Below are positions 51,719-61,117 of a stretch of DNA of 62,717 nt, in pieces. Within the stretch, counting starts at the first letter, position 1. Each line of letters starts with the position of its first letter. The notes under the pieces were generated by a model. That model saw nothing but the letters and a program-made list of their open reading frames with translations. It was not told the origin of the DNA and did not search any database. Made by a program: the position numbers and the translations under genes. The DNA is taken from sequence record SRR20825010_4822; one strand, given 5' to 3'.

Positions 51719-52462
51719 TTATTTATTCCAAATATCCCAAGCGGCTTCTGCTTGGCAGTGCAGCATTTCCAACCCATTTTTCACCCAGCATTTGGCCTCA
51801 ATTCCTTTTTGCATAAAAGCGGTAACGAGTGGGTTATAAACTAAATCATAGAGAAAATGATCAGTTGTCAATTGCTGGTAAGGTAAATCAGGAAGGCCGT
51901 CTGTTTTAGGCGCCATGCCCAGCGGTGTGGTATTGATGATGAGTTGAAATGTGTTGAGGTGTTGAAGTGTTGAAGTATTGAAATCTTCGTAAGTCAGCTG
52001 CCCTTCTTTCGGTCTTCTAGAAACTAGTTTGAACTGAATGCCCAAATCTGAAAGTGCAGTTTGAACGGCTTTTGAAGCCCCACCTGTCCCTAAAATTAAA
52101 GCTTGGTTAGGCATAGGGTAGGCTCCGATGAACTTTACCAATGAAGTTTTAAAACCAAGGTAATCGGTGTTGTAGCCCTTTAGTTTTCCTTTCTGAATTT
52201 TAATGGTATTTACTGCGCCAATGGCAGCAGCTTTTTCATCAATCTCATCAAGAAACGTCATTACCGATTCTTTATATGGAATAGTAACGTTAATACCTTC
52301 AAGACCTTTAGTGCTTTTTACTAGGCTAGGAAATTCCTCAATATCTTCGAGTGGATAAAGCTCATATTCGGCTTCAATTCCTTCTTTTTCAAATTTATCA
52401 GAGAAGTGTTTTTTCGAAAACGAATGGCCGAGAGGGTAACCGATCAATCCAAATTTCCGCAT
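51719..52462 (-). CDS. aroE: Shikimate dehydrogenase
   Basis: GYPLGHSFS, NVTIPYK, GAVNT, NTD, GTGGAS, DLVYNP. Confidence 0.93.
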   Translation of the reverse strand: MRKFGLIGYPLGHSFSKKHFSDKFEKEGIEAEYELYPLEDIEEFPSLVKSTKGLEGINVTIPYKESVMTFLDEIDEKAAAIGAVNTIKIQKGKLKGYNTDYLGFKTSLVKFIGAYPMPNQALILGTGGASKAVQTALSDLGIQFKLVSRRPKEGQLTYEDFNTSTLQHLNTFQLIINTTPLGMAPKTDGLPDLPYQQLTTDHFLYDLVYNPLVTAFMQKGIEAKCWVKNGLEMLHCQAEAAWDIWNK

Positions 52463-53401
52463 TTACTTTTTAGGGTTTAGCGCAGCTGCAATTCTGTCCA
52501 TTGCCAAGACGATCAGGAAGCCAGCAGCAGCAAATAAAATGGCTTCTAAAAAGAAAGGTTCGGTACCAGTTTTTGCCAAGTATTGATTGGGCAATACATT
52601 CGCTTCTACCAAAGGTTTTAAATCACCATGGCGGTCAATATAAGTCTCAATGGCTTCTTTCCAAGGCCAAACCTTGTTTAAAGAGCCAATCATAAACCCT
52701 GACAAAATACCTACTGTGATATTATGATATTTATGGAAAAGCCAACCCACTAAACGGGCAAAACTGAGTAATCCCACTATGCAACCTAAGCCAAAAATGG
52801 CAATATCTACAACTCTAAATTCTTTAACAGCTGAGAGAATGAACTCGTACTTCCCGAAAATGAGCAAAATGAATGACCCAGAAATTCCAGGTAAAATCAT
52901 TGCGCAAATTGCTACTGCACCAGCTATAAATAAAAACCAAGAAGATTCAGGCGTTTCGGCCGGAGTAGCCGAAGTAATAAAATAAGCAATAGTAATACCT
53001 AAGGTAATGGCCACAAAAACACCAATATTCCAGTGCTTAATTTCCCTAAGAATAATGAGCGCTGAAATTACAATAAGCCCAAAAAAGAAAGACCAAACCT
53101 GAATGGGGTACTCGGCCAATAAATGAGTGATTACTTTGGCCAAAGTAAGAACACTGGTGGCAATTCCTGCCAAAAGTGGTAGTAAGAAGTTACCGTTAAC
53201 GTGTTTCCAGAGCGCTTTGATCTGAAATTTTTTCAGGTACTGCAACGCCTGAAGATCAACGCTGCGAATAGCGTTTAGTAAGGTTTCGTATATGCCGGTA
53301 ATAAAGGCTATGGTCCCGCCTGAAACTCCAGGAACCACATCAGCACTACCCATGGCAATACCCTTGAAGTAGAGGAGAATGGATTCCTTAACGTTCTTCA
53401 T
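52463..53401 (-). CDS. DUF368 membrane protein (undecaprenyl-phosphate translocase family)
   Basis: MGSADVVPGVSGGT and AMILPGISGS tandem re-entrant motifs. Confidence 0.9.
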   Translation of the reverse strand: MKNVKESILLYFKGIAMGSADVVPGVSGGTIAFITGIYETLLNAIRSVDLQALQYLKKFQIKALWKHVNGNFLLPLLAGIATSVLTLAKVITHLLAEYPIQVWSFFFGLIVISALIILREIKHWNIGVFVAITLGITIAYFITSATPAETPESSWFLFIAGAVAICAMILPGISGSFILLIFGKYEFILSAVKEFRVVDIAIFGLGCIVGLLSFARLVGWLFHKYHNITVGILSGFMIGSLNKVWPWKEAIETYIDRHGDLKPLVEANVLPNQYLAKTGTEPFFLEAILFAAAGFLIVLAMDRIAAALNPKK

Positions 53402-53403
53402 TC

Positions 53404-54165
53404 CTACTTGTCCAGAAAGTGACTGAAAGTATCTCCTCTTAAACCTAAACGAATGGTTTCTAGTGGAATTAACTCTTCTGGGGCAATATTACCAAGGTTT
53501 ACATTGGCACCAACCAGTTTAATAAAATATACTTGTTGTGCTTTTTGTGGGGCTTCCCAAATGATTCTTTCAAAAGGAATTTTAGTTAAAATTTCTTGAA
53601 CCAAGCCTGAACGAACCTCTCCACTTGACCTGAAAAGACCAACATTGCCTCCTTCGCGTGCTTCGCCAATTACTTTCCACGCACCAGCGTCTAGCTCTTT
53701 TTGCATCAGTTCAATCCATTTGTAAGGAGGAATAATTTTTTCCTCGTCCTTAGAACCAACTTCTGAAAGCACAGTAACCTGTTTCGATAACTCAGTGATA
53801 TACTCACACTTCTTATCGTGATCCATATCCAATGAACCGTCAGATACTTCAGCAAATGGTACTTGAAATTTATCTAGTAATTTTCTGTATTCGTCAAATT
53901 TATTACGGACAGCAAAGGCTTCGAAAAGTGTCCCTCCAAAGTAAAAAGGTATTCCAGCAGCTCTGAATACATTAAGCTTGTCTTCTAGGCCAGCTGTTAC
54001 GTAAGAGGTAGCCCAGCCTAACTTAATGATGTCTACATGGTCAGCGCTAACGCTAAGGAAATCTTCCGCTTGTCTAACACTTAGGCCTTTGTCCATGACC
54101 ATGGTGAAGCCTTTTTCTCTTGGTTTCTGTGTCCTTTCGGGTAGGTTATCTAAAAAGTAGTGCAT
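53404..54165 (-). CDS. comA: Phosphosulfolactate synthase (ComA family)
   Basis: TMVMDKGL, KLGWATS, GGTLFE, SEVGSK, WEAP, VNLGNI, LRGDT. Confidence 0.9.
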   Translation of the reverse strand: MHYFLDNLPERTQKPREKGFTMVMDKGLSVRQAEDFLSVSADHVDIIKLGWATSYVTAGLEDKLNVFRAAGIPFYFGGTLFEAFAVRNKFDEYRKLLDKFQVPFAEVSDGSLDMDHDKKCEYITELSKQVTVLSEVGSKDEEKIIPPYKWIELMQKELDAGAWKVIGEAREGGNVGLFRSSGEVRSGLVQEILTKIPFERIIWEAPQKAQQVYFIKLVGANVNLGNIAPEELIPLETIRLGLRGDTFSHFLDK

Positions 54166-55569
54166 TTAAATTTTATTTCGGTGCTGATCAATGATCTTGT
54201 ATAATGCTTTTTGGGTTTCAATTTTAGGAAAGAAATCAAAAAGTACTTCGTGATTTTCAAAGTCCAAAATTAAAGCATTTTCTAGATAAGCAAAGGCTTC
54301 TTTGTATCTACCTGCTGATATTTGGTAAACTACCATTCTATACATTAAATCAGAATGTTCGGGAAGTTCTTCCAATGCCCTATCAATCAATTCGATGGCT
54401 TTTATGTGCTCTCCTTGTTCGTAATGAATGAGTGACCAATCAAGCCAGATCATTTCGTTGTTGGGTTCAAGCATAGCGGCCTCTTGATAGGCCTCAAAAC
54501 TTGAAACGATATTCCCTACGTGCTGTTCGGCATCAGCTATTGCCAGCCAATAGTTCGCATTTTCGGGGTCTAACTTAAGTGCTTTGTTAAAGAAATGGAT
54601 GGCCTCATAGTATTTGTCTTGTTCAGACAAGCAACAGCCTATTCCATACCAAGCATCCTCATAAAATTGATCGAGCTTTGTAGATTTTCGGTAATACTTC
54701 ATCGCCAACTCGTATTGTTCGAGTTTTTCATAAGAAGTACCAATGCAGCAATAGGTTTCTGCAGATGGACCTTCATTCGTTAGCGTATTCTTATACGCCT
54801 CTAGTGCTTCATCATACTTGTCAATGTTCATGTAGGAATTACCCATGTTGAACCAAGCAGATGAAAATGTGTCGTCAATAACCAAAGCGTAATCGTAAGC
54901 TTTTATCGCTTCTTCATAACGCTCGAGCTTGTTTAATACAATTCCCAAATTATACCATGCGTAGGTAGAGTAAGGATCTTGATCTATAAACTGCTTATAA
55001 TAATCAACGCTGTCTTCCAATTTGCCAGTTACATCTAGGCAATAGGCAAGCTCATAAAGTGCGCTTTCGTGATTTAAGTTAAGCTCGATTGCTTTTTTAT
55101 AATGCCCAATTGCCTCTTCAAATTTGGAATTGGTTTGGTAGGTAAGACCCACATTATAATATACTTCCGATTTGTCTTCGGCATAATCCAGCGTGCTGAG
55201 TAAAAGCTCAACTGCTTTTTTATACTCACCTAAAAAGGAATAAATGGTTCCTTTAACGGTATTCAATTCCACATCATTCGGATGCAAGTTTTGAGCTTCA
55301 TCAATCACCCTAAGGGCTTCTTGATAATTTTCTTTACCAATGTAGCACTGCGCCATTAGCAAGCTTATTTCTTGAGAAAACGGGAATTGATCAATGGCTA
55401 ACTTGCATGCTTTTAAGCCCTTGCCAAACTGAAGGTGATCGATGTAATACTGAATAATCGTTTCGTATTCAGTGATATCGAAAAAATTATATGTCTTTTG
55501 CTTGAGTTGCTCCTCGAATTTCTTGATCAGCCCACGTTCCTCTTCTCTGCTAGGATAGTCTTCTTGCAT
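54166..55569 (-). CDS. Tetratricopeptide-repeat protein
   Basis: Repeated AW/YYN-G ... A--YY-KA TPR units. Confidence 0.92.
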   Translation of the reverse strand: MQEDYPSREEERGLIKKFEEQLKQKTYNFFDITEYETIIQYYIDHLQFGKGLKACKLAIDQFPFSQEISLLMAQCYIGKENYQEALRVIDEAQNLHPNDVELNTVKGTIYSFLGEYKKAVELLLSTLDYAEDKSEVYYNVGLTYQTNSKFEEAIGHYKKAIELNLNHESALYELAYCLDVTGKLEDSVDYYKQFIDQDPYSTYAWYNLGIVLNKLERYEEAIKAYDYALVIDDTFSSAWFNMGNSYMNIDKYDEALEAYKNTLTNEGPSAETYCCIGTSYEKLEQYELAMKYYRKSTKLDQFYEDAWYGIGCCLSEQDKYYEAIHFFNKALKLDPENANYWLAIADAEQHVGNIVSSFEAYQEAAMLEPNNEMIWLDWSLIHYEQGEHIKAIELIDRALEELPEHSDLMYRMVVYQISAGRYKEAFAYLENALILDFENHEVLFDFFPKIETQKALYKIIDQHRNKI

Positions 55570-55663
55570 CTATTTTGAAAGGTTTATTCAAAGTAAGGAA
55601 TAAATGAATGGCAAACTATGTGGCCTTGCCTTTTTTTTCCTGATCTGTTTATAGCCCTGTTTT

Positions 55664-56644
55664 TTAAAGGTTGTGCATAGATTTAAGTTCTTTAACGCTC
55701 CAGTCTAGCGTTTCGTTCACAGGCCGGAACTCAAAGTTTAAAGCTTTTTTCACTTTGTCATTTCTGAAGTGATAATGCATACGTGATAGTTTTGCGGTAT
55801 CACTTGTGATTAATGCACTTTGGCGCATTATTCTAGAGCGTACGAACTCTAATTTTACGGCTACTTTGAGCATCCAGTAAGGAACTGGTTTGGTGGGCGG
55901 TTTTTTGCCGAAACGGCTGGCTACTTCGGCAAAGAAATCTCTAAACTCTTTTGTGCCTCCGTTAAGTACGAATCTTTCATTCTGAATATTTGCACTAAGT
56001 AATTTAACACAGATTTCAGCTACATCGCGTACATCTACAAAGTTGATGGTGCCTTCTGGGTGGAATGTTTTACTGTCGAAGGCGTATTTAAAAACAGAAG
56101 TACTTCCGCTGCCCCAAAGCCCAGGGCCTAATACTACGGAAGGGTTTACTATCTTTACATTCAAGCCTTCTTGCGCCCCACGCCAAACTTCTAACTCTTG
56201 TAAGTATTTAGATCGTGCATAAATGGAGTCATATTCTGTGCCTTCCCATTTATCTTTTTCGTCAATAAATTGCTGTCCAGGTTTTCTGCCTAAAGCCGCC
56301 ACAGAACTTATTTGGACAAAGTTTTTCACTTCAGCTTTTAGACAAGCGTTTACCAGATCGGCAGTGCCCTGTACATTGGTTTTGTACATTCGATCCTCAT
56401 CTCTTTTATCAAAAGAAATAATCGCAGCCCCATGAATTACTCCGTCAATACCTTCAAGTGCTTCGAGCAGAAAGGTGGTGTCGTTCATATCACCCTCTAC
56501 CCATTCAATTTGGTTAGCAATATCTTCGATCAAAGTCAGCTGGCTACTTCCGCGTTTGACCGCCCGAATGGACTGACCATTTTTAATAAGTTCTCTACAA
56601 ATAAAGCTACCGAGTAAGCCCGTAGCGCCAGTAACAAAAACCAT
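55664..56644 (-). CDS. NAD-dependent epimerase/dehydratase (dihydroflavonol-reductase-like SDR)
   Basis: GATGLLG, NVQGT, ISSVAALG, YARSK, VNPSVVLG, VDVRDVA. Confidence 0.88.
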   Translation of the reverse strand: MVFVTGATGLLGSFICRELIKNGQSIRAVKRGSSQLTLIEDIANQIEWVEGDMNDTTFLLEALEGIDGVIHGAAIISFDKRDEDRMYKTNVQGTADLVNACLKAEVKNFVQISSVAALGRKPGQQFIDEKDKWEGTEYDSIYARSKYLQELEVWRGAQEGLNVKIVNPSVVLGPGLWGSGSTSVFKYAFDSKTFHPEGTINFVDVRDVAEICVKLLSANIQNERFVLNGGTKEFRDFFAEVASRFGKKPPTKPVPYWMLKVAVKLEFVRSRIMRQSALITSDTAKLSRMHYHFRNDKVKKALNFEFRPVNETLDWSVKELKSMHNL

Positions 56645-56648
56645 AACT

Positions 56649-57389
56649 CTAAAGGGAATTATTTAGAAGATCTAAGTCCATTAATTTTTTAAAGTACTTT
56701 GTTTTCACCGCTTCTTTCAAGAGGTCAATATGACCCATATTGTGACAATCGGTACCTACTAATTTCACCGCTTTCATGTCAATGAGCTTTTCTGCAAACT
56801 TTTGCACAGGCTTTGAGTAACAACCTGTAAGAGCAATGATGTTCAGTTGTAGAATTACATTTCTATCAATCAATTCATCCAGTAAATATTCACTTTGCAT
56901 CAAGTATAAATAGCGTTCTGGATGGGCGAAAACAGGTTTATATCCTTTTAAACTTAGCTTGAAGGTGACTTCTTTTAACTGTGGTGGCATGTTCATAAAC
57001 GGGGTTTCGAACAAAATGTGTTTATTGCCAAAAGTCATTAATGGAGCCCCTGAGTCTATCAGTTCTACGAATGATTCATCGAGGTAATATTCTGTGGCAG
57101 CCTCTAACTGAATATTGATTCCTTCTTTTTTGATCGCTTCACGCATGATTTCCAGCCCAGCATAAATATTCTCGGGGGAGTTGTCGTAAGTACCAGGCAT
57201 GGAGTGGGGAGTGGTAATTACCTTCTGATAGCCAAGGGCTTCCATTTCACGTAAAACGGTAAGCGATTCTTCGATAGACTGCACACCGTCATCAATCGCA
57301 GGAATTAAATGCGAATGAATATCTGTTTTGATAGGCAAAACAGAGGCGGGAGAAGTATCCTTTGGCTTTAAAAAAGAAAGTATACTCAA
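56649..57389 (-). CDS. CpsB/CapC-family PHP tyrosine-protein phosphatase
   Basis: DIHSH--P--DDG, TTPH, AHPERY, GTDCH. Confidence 0.9.
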   Translation of the reverse strand: MSILSFLKPKDTSPASVLPIKTDIHSHLIPAIDDGVQSIEESLTVLREMEALGYQKVITTPHSMPGTYDNSPENIYAGLEIMREAIKKEGINIQLEAATEYYLDESFVELIDSGAPLMTFGNKHILFETPFMNMPPQLKEVTFKLSLKGYKPVFAHPERYLYLMQSEYLLDELIDRNVILQLNIIALTGCYSKPVQKFAEKLIDMKAVKLVGTDCHNMGHIDLLKEAVKTKYFKKLMDLDLLNNSL

Positions 57390-57931
57390 AATAAGGGTGC
57401 GTTTTTATACGCTGCAAAATTAGGTAAAAGTTTGTCCTTTTCAGACACGATTGGGTTTTCTATTTGCCAGTCGATATTTAGCGCTGGGTCATTCCATAAA
57501 ATACCGCCTTCAGATGCTTTATTGTAGTAGTTAGTACACTTGTATGAAAAAACACTATCCTCCAAAGCTAAGAAACCATGAGCGAAACCAGCAGGTACAA
57601 GGAATAGGTTATGTCTTTTGGCATCTAAAATTACGGTATGGTGCTTACTGAAAGTAGGGGACTTAGGCCTTAGGTCTACTGCTACGTCCATTACTTTTCC
57701 CAAAGCTACTCTTACAAGTTTTGCTTGCGCGTAAGGCTCGGTTTGGAAGTGAAGTCCACGTAATGTGCCCTTTACAGAAAACGATTCGTTGTCCTGAACA
57801 AAGTCAGTTTGTATTCCGAGGTCCTCAAAAGCTTTTTTTCGATATGATTCAAAAAAATACCCTCGGTCATCTCCAAATACAGTAGACTCAATTTCGTAAA
57901 GGCCATCAAAGCCTGTTTCTATAATTTTCAT
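57386..57931 (-). CDS. rfbC: dTDP-4-dehydrorhamnose 3,5-epimerase
   Basis: DDRGYFFE, QDNES, LRGLHFQ, DVAVDLR, GFAHGF. Confidence 0.95.
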   Translation of the reverse strand: MKIIETGFDGLYEIESTVFGDDRGYFFESYRKKAFEDLGIQTDFVQDNESFSVKGTLRGLHFQTEPYAQAKLVRVALGKVMDVAVDLRPKSPTFSKHHTVILDAKRHNLFLVPAGFAHGFLALEDSVFSYKCTNYYNKASEGGILWNDPALNIDWQIENPIVSEKDKLLPNFAAYKNAPLF

Positions 57932-58097
57932 TGCTAAAAGATTCCTTTCAAACTTAAGCTGTTAAGCTTTCTTATCAAACGATAAGGTGTTACAAAACTA
58001 TTATACCCTTAAATGGTGTTTATACTTTTTAGTTTCATGACGCAATTTCTGGGTTGAATTTAGAAATGGCTTCGATAAGTAGTAATTTTGATGCTTT

Positions 58098-59297
58098 ATG
58101 GGAGGATATTTAACAAGGGATACGGACGAAAAAACAGCAGTGATGGTCGCGCTCATCACTAAAGGCCAACCCGAGGAAAAGGTAATAGAGTATTTGGATG
58201 AATTGGCCTTCTTGGCCGAAACGCTGGGGCTTGAGGTTGTAAAGTCATTTACACAACGGATGGAAAGGCCAGAGGTAAAGACTTTTGTAGGTAAGGGTAA
58301 GCTCGAAGAGATTAAAACTTACATTATAGCGGAAGGCGTTAAAACAATTATTTTTGATGATGATCTTTCTCCCTCTCAGTTACGAAATTTAGAAAAAGAA
58401 CTGGATGTTAAAATCTACGACCGTAGTTTACTCATCCTAGATATCTTTCTCTATCGTGCGCAAACAGCTCAAGCCAAAACTCAGGTGGAACTGGCGAGAT
58501 CCAAATATTTATTACCTCGATTAACCAGAATGTGGACTCACTTGGAAAGACAAAGAGGTGGAACCGGCACAAGAGGAGGGGCTGGTGAAATGGAGATTGA
58601 GACTGACCGTAGGATTGTCAGAAATCAGATTGATGTGCTGAAAAAGAAGCTGGAAAAAATTGAAATGCAGAATGCAGTTCAGCGTAAATCCAGAACAAGT
58701 ATTGTGCGTGTAGCTTTGGTTGGGTACACCAACGTGGGTAAATCTACCCTCATGCGCCTAATGACCAAAGCGGATGTATTGGCTGAAAATAAACTTTTCG
58801 CTACCGTGGATTCCACGGTTAGAAAAATAGCGATTGACGATATTCCTTTCCTGTTGTCCGATACCGTAGGTTTTATTAGAAAACTGCCTACACACTTGAT
58901 CGAATCTTTTAAATCTACTTTGGATGAGGTAAGAGAGGCTGATATTCTTTTACACGTAGTAGATGTTTCGCACCCTTATTTTCAAGACCAGATGGAAACG
59001 GTAAACCAAACTTTGGTAGATCTTGGTGCAGCAGATAAACCAACAATTATCGTTTTCAATAAAATTGACAAGTTGGTTGAATCTTTAGATCCAGAAATAG
59101 AGGAGGAAATGGAACATCCGCCAATGACATTGGAAAGGCTGAAAAAAACCTATTTAAATGCTGAAGGTGAAAGCGTTGTGTTTATTTCGGCAGAGAAAAA
59201 AGAGAATATTGCAGAAATGCGTGAAGTGATTTTCGAGAAGGTGAAAAAGCAGCACATGACCATTTTCCCCAACTACTTGAAGGACACATATTATTAA
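58098..59297 (+). CDS. hflX: Ribosome-splitting GTPase HflX
   Basis: GYTNVGKST, LFAT, DTVGF, NKID; promoter TAATTTTG 58083-58090. Confidence 0.97.
   Translation: MGGYLTRDTDEKTAVMVALITKGQPEEKVIEYLDELAFLAETLGLEVVKSFTQRMERPEVKTFVGKGKLEEIKTYIIAEGVKTIIFDDDLSPSQLRNLEKELDVKIYDRSLLILDIFLYRAQTAQAKTQVELARSKYLLPRLTRMWTHLERQRGGTGTRGGAGEMEIETDRRIVRNQIDVLKKKLEKIEMQNAVQRKSRTSIVRVALVGYTNVGKSTLMRLMTKADVLAENKLFATVDSTVRKIAIDDIPFLLSDTVGFIRKLPTHLIESFKSTLDEVREADILLHVVDVSHPYFQDQMETVNQTLVDLGAADKPTIIVFNKIDKLVESLDPEIEEEMEHPPMTLERLKKTYLNAEGESVVFISAEKKENIAEMREVIFEKVKKQHMTIFPNYLKDTYY
59262..59297 (+). repeat. Direct repeat copy 1 (functional hflX 3' end)
   Basis: ATTTTCCCCAACTACTTGAAGGACACATATTATTAA = IFPNYLKDTYY*. Confidence 0.9.
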
Positions 59298-59315
59298 AGG
59301 ATTAATATACTTCAA

Positions 59316-59345
59316 CTGATAGACCGTTATTTTTGGGTCTATCAG
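59316..59345. terminator. Hairpin just after hflX, possible terminator
   Basis: Perfect 10-bp IR CTGATAGACC / GGTCTATCAG with 10-nt loop; no clear U-tract. Confidence 0.5.
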
Positions 59346-59521
59346 AATGAGGTGATTATCGTTTTTTCTTTAGAATAAATTCTTATTTCTTAGTACCCCC
59401 GTGTCCGCCCGCTACTATCATAATGATCCGAACATTCAAATAAATAAATTTGAAAAACTGGATGACTGGATTACGCATGTACGCTTTTTGGCGCTTTGTT
59501 ATGGTTTGTTTCATAGTATTT

Positions 59522-60979
59522 CTATTCTGGAATTAACCACCAAAATGGTTTCATTTTGGCTTTGTAAATAAATGCATAGTGTAGGGAAAGCTTTACCCAA
59601 TGACCGGCAAGCCCAATATCTCCAAATGTCTTTTTAATGTCCCTTCCGCCTGTTTTTTCATATTTTTTGTAATCTGGAACAATAGGGAAAGTTGTGATAC
59701 TAACGCCACTGCCAGTTATAAGCCCATAACCTGCGGAAGCAATACATGCTGCACCCATATTCCCTAAGGAACCTTTATGGTTTAATGACTCTTTTCCGCT
59801 TTTGATGGAATCGATAATATTGTCTGCTACTAGTTTAGCTGTAATACCTGATGGCATTCCTGTCCTTGGAGGTGCTGGAAATATTTCTGTTCCATTCGGG
59901 TTTTTTCTAGGTTTTGAAATACTATGCGGTGGCGCAAAAGCAATGCCTGGCGCGAAAATGTTTGGATAGTTCGGGTTCTGATAGGTTTCCGGCCAATCTT
60001 GAACTGTCCATTCCTCGTATGGCTTGGCGGTATAGTCGGCATCTACAACCATAAAGCCTTTGAAAAGCTTAGGAGTTATATCTCCTCCTTGTTGGTCATA
60101 AGCTTTGAATCCATGACCCGAAAACGCTGGAATCAGCATGGCGAAATCAAACTCTTCGGTGTTGTGTTCTCCTTCGAGATTTTCATAGAAGGCTTTTCCT
60201 TGATCTATTTTATTGACACCTGCCCCTAAAATCCATTCTATTTCTCTATCCCGGAAAACCATTTCTACCATATCACTTGATTTCATTGGTTTCCCTTGAT
60301 AAGACAGCAGCATTCCATCCATGCCAAAGTCTCCTAAAGAGGACTCATTGGTAATCCATTTTATGGCTACTTTATCCCGAACCTTTCTTCTCCTTAGTTC
60401 TTGCTCTACATTGAGAATATATTCAAAAGCAGCTCCTTGACAGGTAGCTTTTGCATGCCCTGTTCCTATAAGTACTTTTAGTTTGGAGGAGGAATTCTTT
60501 GCTTTTTCAATTAGCTTTTCCAATCCACTTGCGGCATGCTGTGCATGATCATAGGTGCAGACGGAATAAACATCATCTGTACCAGGGTTAAGTCCCTCTG
60601 TTAAGTCAAAAGCTAGTTTTGGTCCTGTTGCATTGACGAGGTAGTCGTAAGCAACTTTCTCTGTTTTCCCCTTCTGTTCACCAAAAACATATTCCACAAC
60701 TACGTATGGTGGGGTACTGTCATCTCCATCAGGATGGAATGACACAACTTTGGCTTGCTTAAAGTTGATGCCTTTCTTTTTGTAGAGCGGTTCCAATGGA
60801 AAAGTAATCTGCTCTGGTTGCATCCTTCCTATCCCCACCCAAATATTTGAGGGAATCCATTGGTAGTTCCGGTTTGGCGAAACGACCAGCACTTCATGTT
60901 TCTTTGAGAGCTTTCTTCTCAAATGGGAAGCGGCAGTATGGCCCGCTATTCCCGATCCTAATATTACGACTTTAGACAT
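59522..60979 (-). CDS. sqr: Sulfide:quinone oxidoreductase, type IV (SqrD)-like
   Basis: GSGIAG FAD motif, WIPSNIWVG, SVCT, ATCQGAAFEY, PPRTGMPSG, AACIAS, C-terminal PFWWLIPE. Confidence 0.88.
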   Translation of the reverse strand: MSKVVILGSGIAGHTAASHLRRKLSKKHEVLVVSPNRNYQWIPSNIWVGIGRMQPEQITFPLEPLYKKKGINFKQAKVVSFHPDGDDSTPPYVVVEYVFGEQKGKTEKVAYDYLVNATGPKLAFDLTEGLNPGTDDVYSVCTYDHAQHAASGLEKLIEKAKNSSSKLKVLIGTGHAKATCQGAAFEYILNVEQELRRRKVRDKVAIKWITNESSLGDFGMDGMLLSYQGKPMKSSDMVEMVFRDREIEWILGAGVNKIDQGKAFYENLEGEHNTEEFDFAMLIPAFSGHGFKAYDQQGGDITPKLFKGFMVVDADYTAKPYEEWTVQDWPETYQNPNYPNIFAPGIAFAPPHSISKPRKNPNGTEIFPAPPRTGMPSGITAKLVADNIIDSIKSGKESLNHKGSLGNMGAACIASAGYGLITGSGVSITTFPIVPDYKKYEKTGGRDIKKTFGDIGLAGHWVKLSLHYAFIYKAKMKPFWWLIPE

Positions 60980-61026
60980 GTTGCTCTATTTATTGAACAA
61001 GTTTACGACTAGTAATAATAGTATTA

Positions 61027-61071
61027 TGACACAAATGTTACATATAAAAAATAAGGGTAACATTTGTTACA
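61027..61071. promoter_or_regulatory. Two Crp/Fnr-type boxes in the divergent sqr / cytochrome c promoter region
   Basis: TGACAC-AAAT-GTTACA (61027-61042) and GGTAAC-ATTT-GTTACA (61056-61071). Confidence 0.7.
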
Positions 61072-61117
61072 GAACTTTCTATTGATTTAGTTTTACTTTA
61101 TTGAAAAAGATAGAATT

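Noticed and set aside
51647-51844. 65-aa plus-strand ORF between uvrB and aroE
   Set aside because: Mostly antisense to aroE; no evidence of coding.
4793-60229. Many 60-108 aa ORFs in the six-frame track that overlap larger genes (e.g. 31945-32256, 43490-43777, 49703-50029, 59924-60229)
   Set aside because: Antisense or out-of-frame shadows of well-supported genes, with no recognisable motifs.
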